A stretch of DNA of 64,000 nucleotides from a bacterium (GTDB taxonomy: Bacteria > Bdellovibrionota_G > JALEGL01), in the NCBI GenBank assembly GCA_022763185.1, contig JALEGL010000012.1:65546-129545 (forward strand), read 5' to 3'. A program made the position numbers and the translations under genes. Position 1 is the first letter of the stretch. Every line of letters begins with the position of its first letter. Of the stretch, positions 39,007-49,546 are shown piece after piece. The notes under the pieces are model-generated. The model saw only the letters and a list, made by a program, of their open reading frames with translations. It did not search any database and had not been told where the DNA came from.

Positions 39007-42000
39007 TTAGCGACTGCAAGAGGCGTAGCTGTATTTTCTACAAAGCTTTCTTACATGTGATGCAGCAGATCGATTGCTGGCATCGTATTTTAGGGCTTGA
39101 CGATAGTTTTTATAGGCATCATCATCGCGGTTCAAGTTTTCTAAGGTTCTTCCCATGAGGTCAAAGGTTGTGGAGTTTCTGGCATCGATTTCTTTGGCTC
39201 TAGATAAAGTAAGCAGAGCAGAGTAGTTCCAGCGGTTATCCAAATACATTTTTGCATTTTTGTGAAGGGTTTGAATATCTTTTGGATTTTTCATCAGTGT
39301 TTTAACATTGTTTTGTAACTGATCTTTAAAGTTTCGCATAGAGCTTCTGAGTTGTTGTCCTTGTTTAGGAAGAAGCTTCTTTTTTGAACATTCCAAGGCT
39401 TCATGCGTGAAAAGCTTGATTTGCTCTGCTTTTTGATGACAAGCTTGATAAAGGCCTAAAGCACTTTGTTGAACTTCATTGATTTTGTTGCGCATGATGT
39501 TTCTATACTGCGCTTTTTGTGCGCCACTTAAGCCAGCAGGAATTTTTGTTTGACTTAAAAATTTTGAAAAATCTTTATACAAATGTCCTGATTGGGCCAG
39601 TGCTGCAATAGAGGCGGTACTTTCACCCGACTGCGCAATTTGCGTGTACTTCTGCGACAAAAGCTCTAAAAGTTGGGTTTTTTGAGCAATAAGTTGTTCT
39701 TCTGAACCACCGCTGCGCATGGTAATAGCATTGTATTTTTTAAAAATGGGCTGAGTTTCTAAAAGTGTGATTTGCGATAAGACAAAGGCTCTATCACTGC
39801 CGGCATTAGCAATATACTGTTTGGCTTTTTTTGCATAAGCAAAGCCTGAGCTGAATTGTTTGCGTTTAAAAGAACTTTTTGCCAGGTAATAGTAAGCTTT
39901 TGCACTGTTTCTCTGAACTTGCAACCATCGTTTGGCTTGTTTATCCAAGAATGACCATTTTTCATATTCATCAAAGGTTTCTGCCGCTGTTTGCATGATG
40001 CTGATTTGTTGATTTTTACTCTTTGCTAACTTTAAAGCCAGGTTAAAGTTTTGATAAGCCTTAAGGTGATTGTTCAACGCGGATCTTATTTTAGCTGAGT
40101 TAAGTAATAGATCAACGGAGGCTTCTTTACTTTTAAAATTACGCGCATAGATTTCTGATGCTTTGGCCCCTAGATCAAATAAACCAACATTAAACATGGT
40201 TTGGCTCATGTTGGGTAAGATGTCTTCTAAATATTTTGATTTTGGATAATCCTGCATCAACATTTCTGCAGCCGCCATCATTTGATCAGGCTGTTTGGTT
40301 TTTTTAGCCGATACATAAGCATTGTAAACCGCTTTTTCACCCGCTTCTGTACCTTTGTATTTTGCAGACAACTTAAAAAAACCGGCGGCTAAGTTTTGAT
40401 TGCTTGAACCAGGACTGGCTGCGTAACGTTCTTCTAAGCGTTTGAACTCTGCTCTAGAAACCATATCTCTTATTTCTGCAACAATACGTCGATTAAAACG
40501 ACGACTTTGAATCAATTGATTTCCCGCTTTTACCATGCCGTCTTTATCATCTTTTAAATGGTAAGATTCCAATATCAAAGTAATGGCATCAACGGTTTTA
40601 GAAGTATTGGGGTATTGAAAAACAAACTTCCAAAAGTAATCAATGGTTTTATCCCAGTCATTTTGATCAAAATAAACCTTGCCCATGGCATAACGTATAT
40701 CAAGCGCCTTTTTTGACCTTGGATTGAGACGCAAATAGGCTTCACTGGATCTTAAAAACCCAGATCGCGCTTGAACCAACTCTAGCTTGCTCAAGTCATC
40801 TTTTATTTTTAAAGCTTCTAAATATGATACCACTGAAGAATGGTAAAGGTCTGCTTGTTCTCTTGGCCTGCGGGCACGCTTGGCTAACTCTCTGTATTCT
40901 TCTGCAGCTTTTAAATATTGTTTGGCTTCATACAGCGCCTCAGCAGAGTTGTATTTCATTTTTAAAGCACTGGGATGACGTCCAAAGGCCATTAAATAAT
41001 ATTTATAGGTATTGGCAGCTTTTAAGGTTATGTCAGGATCATTTTGTTTCCTGGCATAGGCATGCAAGCGGGTGGCCGCATCTCGCAAGTATTTTTCCAG
41101 ATTTTTAGCGACTTCAAGCCTATCACTCTTTTCTTGGCGCCAAGAATAAAAGTAACGTCGTAAGCTATCCACTAAGATTTTTGCATCTTCATCGATAGGG
41201 CCCGTGTAGCCATATTTTCTTAAATTACCAAAAAGGCGTTGTATGTAATCAATTTTGGTTTCTAAATCATAGCTGCGTCTAATCAACTCTCTGTAAATGG
41301 GAATCGCTTTTTTATTTTGTTTTTGAATATAATAACGGTTGGCCAATTTATCTAAAACAGTAATATAAGTATGGTTAGAGTCGGAAAGCTCTTTGTACCA
41401 AGCAATGGTGGTTTCTGGTAAATCTTTTTTACGGACTTTTGTGTAACACAAGACACTATCTACCAAAGCTTCTCGCTGTATGTTGCCAGTAGCCGATATT
41501 TTTTTAAGTTCTTCATCTTCTTCTTTGGCATTGCGGGCGACGGTTTCAAAAAGTTTTAAGGCTTTATCACAATTTTCCTGATTGACTTCACTCCAAGCCA
41601 ACTTATAACGAGCTACATTGTGCATAGGGCCTTCTGGCATATCCAGAATTTGAATGTAAAAGTCTGTCGCAGCAGCAAAGTCGCGTTCATCAAAAGCTTT
41701 GTTGCCCAGAATAATTAAAGCATCATCTTTAAATTCACTGTTGGGGTGCTGGGCAACCAGTTTTTTATATTGATCCATGGCGGCATCTGTAGCATCAACT
41801 TGCTGCATTTCTTGCGCCATAAAAAACATGATTTTATCAACATTAAAATTGTTGGGAAACTCTTCAATAATTTTTTGATAAACGCCAATGGCCAACTCTT
41901 TTTGAGCTATAGATTGCTCAACATCTTTAAAAGACTTGATGCTGTCAGGTGATTTTTCCCTGGCTATAAAATAATGATAACGCGATTTTTCTATGTGCAA

Positions 42001-42243
42001 TTCCGCTTGCTGCATCAGTAAATCAGGTCTATTGGTTTTTTCATCAATGGTTTTTAAGCGGTTTTTAACCGCTTCAAGCGCTTTATCTACTTTCTTTAAA
42101 TTGTCATTAAGGTCTTTAATGAAGGTCTTTGAATCTTTTTTTTCTGGGAATTCGAAACCATAAGCTGTTGTCATCACTGAAAATGTAAACAGCACTATAC
42201 AACACATTAAATTTTGTATGGCATGGCGTAGATTTACTTGCAT
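39007..42243 (-). CDS. gltD: Large periplasmic TPR protein, GltD/AgmU-like
   Basis: Signal peptide, serial TPRs, IPAGLSGAQKAQY C-terminal motif; coupled to the gltC-like gene. Confidence 0.72.
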   Translation of the reverse strand: MQVNLRHAIQNLMCCIVLFTFSVMTTAYGFEFPEKKDSKTFIKDLNDNLKKVDKALEAVKNRLKTIDEKTNRPDLLMQQAELHIEKSRYHYFIAREKSPDSIKSFKDVEQSIAQKELAIGVYQKIIEEFPNNFNVDKIMFFMAQEMQQVDATDAAMDQYKKLVAQHPNSEFKDDALIILGNKAFDERDFAAATDFYIQILDMPEGPMHNVARYKLAWSEVNQENCDKALKLFETVARNAKEEDEELKKISATGNIQREALVDSVLCYTKVRKKDLPETTIAWYKELSDSNHTYITVLDKLANRYYIQKQNKKAIPIYRELIRRSYDLETKIDYIQRLFGNLRKYGYTGPIDEDAKILVDSLRRYFYSWRQEKSDRLEVAKNLEKYLRDAATRLHAYARKQNDPDITLKAANTYKYYLMAFGRHPSALKMKYNSAEALYEAKQYLKAAEEYRELAKRARRPREQADLYHSSVVSYLEALKIKDDLSKLELVQARSGFLRSSEAYLRLNPRSKKALDIRYAMGKVYFDQNDWDKTIDYFWKFVFQYPNTSKTVDAITLILESYHLKDDKDGMVKAGNQLIQSRRFNRRIVAEIRDMVSRAEFKRLEERYAASPGSSNQNLAAGFFKLSAKYKGTEAGEKAVYNAYVSAKKTKQPDQMMAAAEMLMQDYPKSKYLEDILPNMSQTMFNVGLFDLGAKASEIYARNFKSKEASVDLLLNSAKIRSALNNHLKAYQNFNLALKLAKSKNQQISIMQTAAETFDEYEKWSFLDKQAKRWLQVQRNSAKAYYYLAKSSFKRKQFSSGFAYAKKAKQYIANAGSDRAFVLSQITLLETQPIFKKYNAITMRSGGSEEQLIAQKTQLLELLSQKYTQIAQSGESTASIAALAQSGHLYKDFSKFLSQTKIPAGLSGAQKAQYRNIMRNKINEVQQSALGLYQACHQKAEQIKLFTHEALECSKKKLLPKQGQQLRSSMRNFKDQLQNNVKTLMKNPKDIQTLHKNAKMYLDNRWNYSALLTLSRAKEIDARNSTTFDLMGRTLENLNRDDDAYKNYRQALKYDASNRSAASHVRKLCRKYSYASCSR

Positions 42244-43706
42244 AAGCTCTCCATTTTAACCAAATACAAATCCAGTTCATCAATCCAGTATTCTTGATCA
42301 AATTTCCAATGGATGGGGTCTGAGTTGATCACTTTTGCTTTTTTATGCTCAACAGGTTCTTTGGTATCTGAGAACTGTCCACGCTTAAACTCATCCATAC
42401 GGGTTTCATACTCTAGGATATTCATTTGTTCATTAAAATGAATAATCTCTGCAGATACATCCTTTAATGCATCTTCTTGTACAGTTAGTGTTTCAGCTTT
42501 GAGTTCTTTTTCTTTTAAAGAATAAATCATGGATAAATGAGTCGCCAGACCATATTCTTTCCACTGTTCATCTTTAACGGCCAAGAGCCTTTCTTTTTCA
42601 AAGCTTATGAGTTTTTGTTGTTGCCAAATATTTTCAATCAAAGGGTGATATTTGGCAGCATCAACAATCGCATTAATTTTATTTAAAGAATCGCCATTTT
42701 TTATTTTTTCAATGGTTTTTGAGTATTGGTCTCTATAAAGATCAATGATTTTTCTTGTGTCACCGTAACGACATAAATTACGCAAAACAATACCATACAA
42801 TAAATACTTTTCAGGTTGATTGATATCACTAAAGTGCGGTGCTTTTAAGGCATGCAGTGATCCCAATGACTTTTGGTAATCATAAAGCCAAAAATGATTC
42901 CAGGCTTTTTCCAGAAAAACATCACTTTGGGTTAAGATATTGCTATCAACGGCATTGTAAAATTTTAGGCTGTTTTCATACTCTTGTTGCTCAAACAAGA
43001 GTCTAGCTAAGGTTTTTCTAATTAAATTTTTTAATCGTGTTTTTTCAGGGACTTTTTCCAACAAAGTCACCAGTTGATCAATGGTCTCTTGAGATATTTT
43101 TTCTTCTTCAGACTCAGATAATTCACGAATAATCTTACTGTATTCTACTTTTTGGTAGGGTAGACCACCTTCTTTAAGATAATTGAACTTGTCATCTCCC
43201 CATTGGGTATCAGCTTTAATATAGTCGTCTTTTCCTTGATAAAACTTAATTTGCTCATCAAGAGCTTCAGAAAATTGTGCAAACTCACTGCTGGCCAATA
43301 ATTCTTGTTCAATCAAGTGAGCATCATAGGGAAGCTTTTCCATTAGATTAAAAATAGACTTTAAACTCTCTCCTATAAACTCTTTATTGGCACCATGCCG
43401 AATAACTTCAACATAATATTCCAAGGCCACAGTATACAGTTTTAATTTTTCCAAGGATTTTGCAAAAATAAATTCAGCACCAACATAGTTTTCGGCCGTG
43501 TTTTGGTTATTCTGAATAAACAACCAAGCATAGGCACTTGATTTTAAGTATTTTTTCTTATCAAAATATTTTCTAGCGTTATTGTAATCTCCTTGTGGGG
43601 TGGGAGATTGACGGATTTTTTTGCTACAACCGTTAATAAAAAACAAGCCAAAAGAAAAAAAGAATATCAAACAAGGACGATACAATTTTACTTGTATAGA
43701 ATTCAT
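42234..43706 (-). CDS. gltC: GltC-like TPR lipoprotein
   Basis: Lipobox INGC; LEKAW; C-terminal WKFDQEYWIDEL...C typical of GltC. Confidence 0.75.
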   Translation of the reverse strand: MNSIQVKLYRPCLIFFFSFGLFFINGCSKKIRQSPTPQGDYNNARKYFDKKKYLKSSAYAWLFIQNNQNTAENYVGAEFIFAKSLEKLKLYTVALEYYVEVIRHGANKEFIGESLKSIFNLMEKLPYDAHLIEQELLASSEFAQFSEALDEQIKFYQGKDDYIKADTQWGDDKFNYLKEGGLPYQKVEYSKIIRELSESEEEKISQETIDQLVTLLEKVPEKTRLKNLIRKTLARLLFEQQEYENSLKFYNAVDSNILTQSDVFLEKAWNHFWLYDYQKSLGSLHALKAPHFSDINQPEKYLLYGIVLRNLCRYGDTRKIIDLYRDQYSKTIEKIKNGDSLNKINAIVDAAKYHPLIENIWQQQKLISFEKERLLAVKDEQWKEYGLATHLSMIYSLKEKELKAETLTVQEDALKDVSAEIIHFNEQMNILEYETRMDEFKRGQFSDTKEPVEHKKAKVINSDPIHWKFDQEYWIDELDLYLVKMESLCK

Positions 43707-44345
43707 TTATTTTTTTTGTCCATTCCCGCCGCGATTAAAGCTTAAACCTACAACAATACTGGGCTCATTTTTTGGGTTTAAATCATCAAAAATAAAGTAA
43801 TTGCGAAGTTCAGTCTTAATAGAGAGTTTTTGGTTTAAGTACAGCCTTAAACCAAAACCAAGGTCAGCCGTTGGTTTGAAACCACTATCAAAATTAAAAA
43901 AACCGCCCCCTAAAAGGACATAGCTTTCACCATGCATAATTTTTCTATTGAAAAACAGCATTTTTCTATAAACGGGCTTAAAAATAATATTACTGGTGAT
44001 GACATAGTTTTTAGAGTCTCTATCAGTGGCTTCCAAGCCAAAAAGCAATTGTAAGTCATTTTGTAGACCGGTATTTTGGTTGGCAATCCAGGTAAACTGA
44101 GGCAGCTCAAGAGCAAAAGCATCATTAAAGTGATAAACATAAGAGAAGTTGGCACCAAAGCCTTTTTCAAAGGCATCAATGGGTAGGTATGAAGCCGCAA
44201 AGAAAAATTCATTTTTCATGTGGTATTTTCTGTTTTGGATGGCATAAGTTTCTGGGTCAAGAAAACTTTGTGCAAAAGAGTGTTGAATGCCAAAAAAACA
44301 AACCGAGCAAAAGAATAAAATAAACTGAGGCTTTAAATTTTTCAT
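43707..44345 (-). CDS. Myxobacterial-type outer-membrane beta-barrel (GltA/GltB-like)
   Basis: AIQNRKY N-terminal motif, eight-strand pattern; upstream of the gltC-like gene; start MKNLKP. Confidence 0.72.
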   Translation of the reverse strand: MKNLKPQFILFFCSVCFFGIQHSFAQSFLDPETYAIQNRKYHMKNEFFFAASYLPIDAFEKGFGANFSYVYHFNDAFALELPQFTWIANQNTGLQNDLQLLFGLEATDRDSKNYVITSNIIFKPVYRKMLFFNRKIMHGESYVLLGGGFFNFDSGFKPTADLGFGLRLYLNQKLSIKTELRNYFIFDDLNPKNEPSIVVGLSFNRGGNGQKK

Positions 44346-44422
44346 TGATACTTCCATTTTATAACACTTTTTCCAAAATGCACACTTTGAGCTGATATTT
44401 TAAGGAAAGATTTAGCATTGGA

Positions 44423-44887
44423 TTAAAAAGGTGCTCCTGATTGAATCCATGCCAAAATTGTTTGGTAAGCACTATTGCTGGTGCCGCCGGTAAAAGCTTG
44501 GATATGAGGAGATTGACCATTTGGATAGGTCAAAAGTAAGCTGCTGCTAGGTGAGCTAGGATCAACTCTTAAACCTTGCCCAACATCTAAAAATAAAGAG
44601 TCATAAATGGTGACCAGTGTTTCACCATTGCCTTCTTGTAAAATGAGACCATTAACATCAAGCGGTGTGTTATTGTAGTGGCAGTTGGTACAGCGTTGAC
44701 CAATGCTTGAGTCTGAAAAAATGGGATAGATATCATTTTGAAAGGAGAGGTTTGATCCTTCCTCTGGATAATTTTGAGGGTCCAGTTGACTAACATCAAC
44801 AACGGAACAAAACTGTAAAAGAGTCACGCAGATTAATACACTGAGCAATATAAAATTATTAGTTTTTAGTGTGTTATGATTTTTCAT
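44423..44887 (-). CDS. Monoheme c-type cytochrome lipoprotein; paralog of 25727-26134
   Basis: LQFC lipobox-like, CTNCH, PSSSLLLTYP...H and WIQSGA; SD GGAG before ATG 44887. Confidence 0.78.
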   Translation of the reverse strand: MKNHNTLKTNNFILLSVLICVTLLQFCSVVDVSQLDPQNYPEEGSNLSFQNDIYPIFSDSSIGQRCTNCHYNNTPLDVNGLILQEGNGETLVTIYDSLFLDVGQGLRVDPSSPSSSLLLTYPNGQSPHIQAFTGGTSNSAYQTILAWIQSGAPF

Positions 44888-44923
44888 TGTTGTAGACTCC
44901 ATTTTCCTTATTTTAATTATACA

Positions 44924-46036
44924 TCAAAATGATAACTGGTACTCCAAAGAAGCAATGTGTTGTAAATATTCAAAAGAACTGTTTGTATAGTCTTCATCAG
45001 CAAGACTAAATGTATTGCTATTACTATAATGTTTGTAATCAATTGAATAGTTCAGTCTTAGTTTATGCTGGCGATGAAGTACGTAATCATAATAAATTTG
45101 CCCCAATAAACCTAACTTTAAATTTGTATCATTAAGAACCGTATTGCTACCGGTATCGGTATAGTTGCCTAAAAAAGCATATTGGAGGTTGATTGTTAAT
45201 GGATGGTTGGCAATTTTTTTAAGCATTGAAAAGCCCAGAGTAAACTGCTTGCTTGAAAAACTGTTAAAAACATTTTGTGAAACTTGATTGATATCTTCAA
45301 TATCATCGCTTTTAAAGCGTTGTATTTGATAGCCTAGATTAAGACCCCAGTTTAAGTTTTGAGAAGATTGATTCATATAATGTAAAGAAGGGTGAATGTG
45401 CAGCATACTTTGATTAAGGTTTTGTTGCAAAAATGTGTTTCCAGCAGCATCATTGAGGTTTACATTGGGTTTAAATACGTGATAGCTGCTATTGATGTTT
45501 AGAAAATATTGTTTTTTAGCTTGAGGAGACTTGGACAGTTTGTACTTTAAGGAAAGATTAACACCAGGCCCACCTGTCCAATAACTGTAAAAGGGCGTGT
45601 TGTTTTCTGAACGTATCAAGTAGTTTATTGCAGAGTAGCTAGGGCCAGCTGTAAAAAACAACTGTGGTGATTGTTGCAAAGTCCTGCTTCTATTACGATG
45701 GGGTCTTTTTACTTTTCTAACAGGTGGATAAGGAGTTTTTTTTCTAGGTTTTTGTCTATAAGAGGGAGCAGGCGCTTTTTTAAGAGGTATAAACGCTTGT
45801 TTCGCAATCCAGCCTTCAATATTCCTATTGCTGCGTTTTGAAAAAATTTTAACTTTATAAAATGCTCCAGTGGAGCCTTTGATACTGGCTTTTTGATTGC
45901 GGTATACGCGGTCAATTTTCTGTGAATCTTTATAAGGGTAACGATAAATATAAGTATTGCGCTGAACCGTTGCTGCCCACAAGCTAAAACTAAAGCTCAG
46001 GTTAAGAAAAATCACAATTAGAAGTGTTTTTTTCAC
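44924..46036 (-). CDS. SH3-like domain, Pro/Arg linker and outer-membrane beta-barrel
   Basis: Signal peptide from GTG 46036; FYKV...EGWIA (SH3b-like); terminal YQLSF beta-signal. Confidence 0.65.
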   Translation of the reverse strand: MKKTLLIVIFLNLSFSFSLWAATVQRNTYIYRYPYKDSQKIDRVYRNQKASIKGSTGAFYKVKIFSKRSNRNIEGWIAKQAFIPLKKAPAPSYRQKPRKKTPYPPVRKVKRPHRNRSRTLQQSPQLFFTAGPSYSAINYLIRSENNTPFYSYWTGGPGVNLSLKYKLSKSPQAKKQYFLNINSSYHVFKPNVNLNDAAGNTFLQQNLNQSMLHIHPSLHYMNQSSQNLNWGLNLGYQIQRFKSDDIEDINQVSQNVFNSFSSKQFTLGFSMLKKIANHPLTINLQYAFLGNYTDTGSNTVLNDTNLKLGLLGQIYYDYVLHRQHKLRLNYSIDYKHYSNSNTFSLADEDYTNSSFEYLQHIASLEYQLSF

Positions 46037-46058
46037 AATACTTTTAAACGGTCTCCAA

Positions 46059-47651
46059 TCAGACACGGACCATAATTGAGTTAGATAGGTCACCACCAGC
46101 AGCAACAATATCAACCCCAAGTAAATCTGCCAATGAATTACGTAGCTGCGCAACAGTATTCCCTGAGCTCATAAAGTTTTGTGAAACCGGATCAAAACCG
46201 AGGTAGTTAAAGTTATTATCCATACTGGCCAAAGATCCATTTTTAAAAGCCGTAGGAGAAGCAACCACAATCATTTCTATACCTTTTTGATCAACATTGG
46301 CTGCGGTTCCGCCACCAAAGCTGTCTCCGGTATTGGCATTGGGGTCATCCGCTAAATCCGGACCTCTATTGCAATCATTGGTAATGGTGATCAGCATTCT
46401 ATCTAGGACTGAATTACCTGGAATGTCGGGGTCATCAATTGATTGAGCATAGGATAGGGTATCAAAAATAACTTGTGACATATAATCTGCAAACTGCTGA
46501 AAAAAACGACCATTGGCAACACCGCCGGCTCTAACCGCCGTTCCACGTGTGGTTTGGCCAAAGGCAACATTGCCTTGCGTACTGTCAACAAAAATATGGG
46601 GATCAAAGTTATCAATCTCAACATTGAGTCCCATAGAAGCTTTGTTGGCAGCCATATTGGCAGCTAAACGACCGGCAACAAAAGGATCAATATTTCTTTG
46701 CTCAAGACTGATGGTTCCAAAACTGGGTTTTGTAATGCCATTGCTGAGTGTTTGTGCAGCAGCAAGATTCTCTTCAAGAAGAGCACGTTTGTTAAGCCTT
46801 AGTAGGGTTTCAATATTGCTCATAATGTCATTGAAGCTGCTGTGATGCTTGTCTTCAATAAGTTTGAGCACTGAGTTTTTAAACCCTAAATTGATTGCAC
46901 TCAAAGCATTGACAAAAGGTTCATTTAAAACGGTTCCGGCATTGGTGGCAATATTAAGTTGCTCAAACTGCCTTAATAAAAGCTCAAGTGTCCTTACTTT
47001 TGATGTAAAACCAGAAGAATAAGGGCCAGCACCGTTAAGTTCCCAAACATCAGAAAAATCAAAAATACTGTTGATATCGGCAATGATATCATTGCGTTGA
47101 TTGATAAAAGCTACTGGAAAAGTTGCTGAGGTATTGCTTTGACCGGTTTGCATAATAGAAATAGTCGAGCCAGAAAATGCATGACTGGTGTTTCTATCTC
47201 CAACCATATAGGACATATAGTCAGAAAATGAATTGGCAACGCTGTTCATTTCCGGCGAGAAGACACCCGGGGCATTAATCAAACTGCCTGGGCTTACAAT
47301 AGCGTTGTTTGCGGCAAAGTGTGTATCTCGGTTAAGGTCATTGCTGCCATAGGTAGAAGCATCAGAATTAAAGGTCATCAAAGCATCGAGCTTGCCGGCG
47401 ATGGTTACGGATATATTGTACCAAAACATGACAGGTGTAGATGCCCCTGTTTGTGCAAAAGCTAGAGAGCTCCCAAAAAGTTTTTTAGAAAAGTCTTCCA
47501 TGACTTCATAGCGGACTAAGCCTGGTAAACCTAGCGTTCCCAGAAACATGCCAACAGATTGAATAAACTTTCTTCTGCTGATGTCGTTCATTTTTTTAGG
47601 ATCGTTATGATTCATCCAATGTTTTATATTTTTTTTATTCTGTTTATTCAC
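46059..47651 (-). CDS. Tat-exported DUF1501/DUF1552-like protein
   Basis: SRRKFI twin-arginine signal; FDPH and SVLDRMLITITNDCNR resemble that family; context with DUF1588/1585-like gene. Confidence 0.55.
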   Translation of the reverse strand: MNKQNKKNIKHWMNHNDPKKMNDISRRKFIQSVGMFLGTLGLPGLVRYEVMEDFSKKLFGSSLAFAQTGASTPVMFWYNISVTIAGKLDALMTFNSDASTYGSNDLNRDTHFAANNAIVSPGSLINAPGVFSPEMNSVANSFSDYMSYMVGDRNTSHAFSGSTISIMQTGQSNTSATFPVAFINQRNDIIADINSIFDFSDVWELNGAGPYSSGFTSKVRTLELLLRQFEQLNIATNAGTVLNEPFVNALSAINLGFKNSVLKLIEDKHHSSFNDIMSNIETLLRLNKRALLEENLAAAQTLSNGITKPSFGTISLEQRNIDPFVAGRLAANMAANKASMGLNVEIDNFDPHIFVDSTQGNVAFGQTTRGTAVRAGGVANGRFFQQFADYMSQVIFDTLSYAQSIDDPDIPGNSVLDRMLITITNDCNRGPDLADDPNANTGDSFGGGTAANVDQKGIEMIVVASPTAFKNGSLASMDNNFNYLGFDPVSQNFMSSGNTVAQLRNSLADLLGVDIVAAGGDLSNSIMVRV

Positions 47652-47657
47652 TGTGTT

Positions 47658-48203
47658 TCACCTCTTCACCCAAACTGTTGCTTGTAAAGCAAGCGTTAAA
47701 CAAGCCATTTCTCTTCTTTGAACCGAGTTTAAAAGCCCTGGATCTGCAAGCATACTTGTGACACTGTCAAGTTGCTCTTGATTCATATCCAAGCCAGTTA
47801 AGGCTTGCCAAAATGCATTGGGTTGGCTTGGGTTAGATAATCCAATGGCAAGTAGGTCTGCTTCAGTGCAGGCTTCATCAAATACGGTTAGCAATGAACG
47901 AAATATACCTGAAGAAAACTGTGATGAACTTCTAAATTCAGACTCAAGGCCTTCTAAAAGACTTACCGTGTTTGAAGCGTCACTGAGATTAAATACACGT
48001 TTTATTTTAGCTTTTAGAGCATCATAAGAAATGATTTCTAGGTTGGTTTGGTCTGCCTCAAATGTTTGTGATGGTGGTAAAGAAGGGTCGTCCGCGGACA
48101 CTTTTTTTAGGGTGGGCTGCTGGAGACACGCTGTTAACATAAGTATGCAAACAAATAAGGCCTGTATGGAAAATGAAAAAAATATATTGTTTTGATTGCT
48201 CAT
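47658..48203 (-). CDS. Hypothetical lipoprotein
   Basis: Lipobox LTAC; ATGA overlap with the upstream gene; SD GGAG. Confidence 0.65.
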   Translation of the reverse strand: MSNQNNIFFSFSIQALFVCILMLTACLQQPTLKKVSADDPSLPPSQTFEADQTNLEIISYDALKAKIKRVFNLSDASNTVSLLEGLESEFRSSSQFSSGIFRSLLTVFDEACTEADLLAIGLSNPSQPNAFWQALTGLDMNQEQLDSVTSMLADPGLLNSVQRREMACLTLALQATVWVKR

Positions 48204-49468
48204 GGTTGGTCTCCAATAAAAGGTTCTATTGCTGGACCTATAAAACACCAGTCAAATTTTAAACAGTCGTTCAATGTATCTGTGATGGAACGATTATTTT
48301 CAACGTAAAGATCAGTGAATCGATCAAGGTACAATAGCTCAGAAGAAGTGTTGGCAAAATTATACTCCTCTACAAATCCTGACCCGGCCGTTTCTTTATT
48401 AATGGATAGAGCTAAAGCAGCAACACGTCTACTCCAACAAGAGTCTACGGTATCTCTGGCTTGGCTTAACATTTCATTGACAAAACTATGCAGCGTTAAG
48501 ACGGGGGGGCGACCTAAAAAAATATTATAGTATTGATTTCTTTGGTTTAAGGGAACCGTTTGGCCATTAACCAGGACAGGTTCAGTTTCAGAAAGCTTGC
48601 CCCAAGTATTCTCTGGATCCAGGTTGGGTTGGTAGCCATCAGCATTGTATTGACTAACCGCGCCTTGAAGCATTTCTAGATAAACATGGCAGCCTTGGCA
48701 TGTTGGTTGGGCATGAAAGGCTTGGTCAAGACGTTCTAAGGTCCAGTTATTAAAGTTCGGGATTTGATAGGGTGGTGGTTGACAGGTAAGATACTGCATA
48801 TAAGAACGAATAGCAGGCAAGCTGGTTCCTGAGTTTTGTAAAAACTGAACAAACTTTGGATCAGATAATATGCCGGTTTGTTCACCGTCGGGTGTAACCG
48901 TAAGTGAAGAAGAATCATAATCTGATTGATTGTAAGCAACGAGGCTATCAACATTATTTTGATCAACACTGCCTTGAATCAAAAACAGCTGATCTGTACT
49001 TAAATTGTTGTTCACCACATACATGGCAAGGTCAAGTCGCCGAGATTCAAAAAAATCAGGTTCATTTTGTGCAACCAATAAAAGCTTTCTAAAGTACTCA
49101 CGTATTTTTTGTTCGTAGCTAGGGTGAGTGAAAATTTGATCAACTAAGCTTTCATACAAGTCTCTGGCTGTTTCAGGGTTAGTTTGGTTGAGCAGTTGAC
49201 TGCTATCAATATTTAAATCAATCGCGGCAAAGCCATCTGTCATTCTTGAACTCGCAGTTTCTAACGCTTGATACAACTGTTGTGGCGTCCATTCTACTTC
49301 CCGGTTTTCATACAGCGAGTCTCCATCAGGGTTGTCTGGGCTTTGATCGATAACCAGAGCTTCACGTTTACAGGCAAAAAAAAATGTCATCAAAAACATT
49401 AAAGAGAAAAAAAGTAGTCTATCTAAGGTATTGATATTAAAGTATTTTGATTTTTTTTTAGCTTTCAT
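48200..49468 (-). CDS. DUF1588/DUF1585-like heme-c lipoprotein
   Basis: Lipobox FFAC; GIL...LTCQPPP...CQGCH...CWSRR pattern. Confidence 0.6.
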   Translation of the reverse strand: MKAKKKSKYFNINTLDRLLFFSLMFLMTFFFACKREALVIDQSPDNPDGDSLYENREVEWTPQQLYQALETASSRMTDGFAAIDLNIDSSQLLNQTNPETARDLYESLVDQIFTHPSYEQKIREYFRKLLLVAQNEPDFFESRRLDLAMYVVNNNLSTDQLFLIQGSVDQNNVDSLVAYNQSDYDSSSLTVTPDGEQTGILSDPKFVQFLQNSGTSLPAIRSYMQYLTCQPPPYQIPNFNNWTLERLDQAFHAQPTCQGCHVYLEMLQGAVSQYNADGYQPNLDPENTWGKLSETEPVLVNGQTVPLNQRNQYYNIFLGRPPVLTLHSFVNEMLSQARDTVDSCWSRRVAALALSINKETAGSGFVEEYNFANTSSELLYLDRFTDLYVENNRSITDTLNDCLKFDWCFIGPAIEPFIGDQP

Positions 49469-49546
49469 TGCTACTTAATATTGTAAGAAAAACAAGGCAA
49501 TAGAGCAAGGAATAAATATGTTTTATAAAGATGCTAAACAATTGTT

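Noticed and set aside
46037..46153. 95-bp overlap between the SH3-barrel ORF and the Tat-protein gene
   Set aside because: The signal peptide begins at GTG 46036, which removes the overlap
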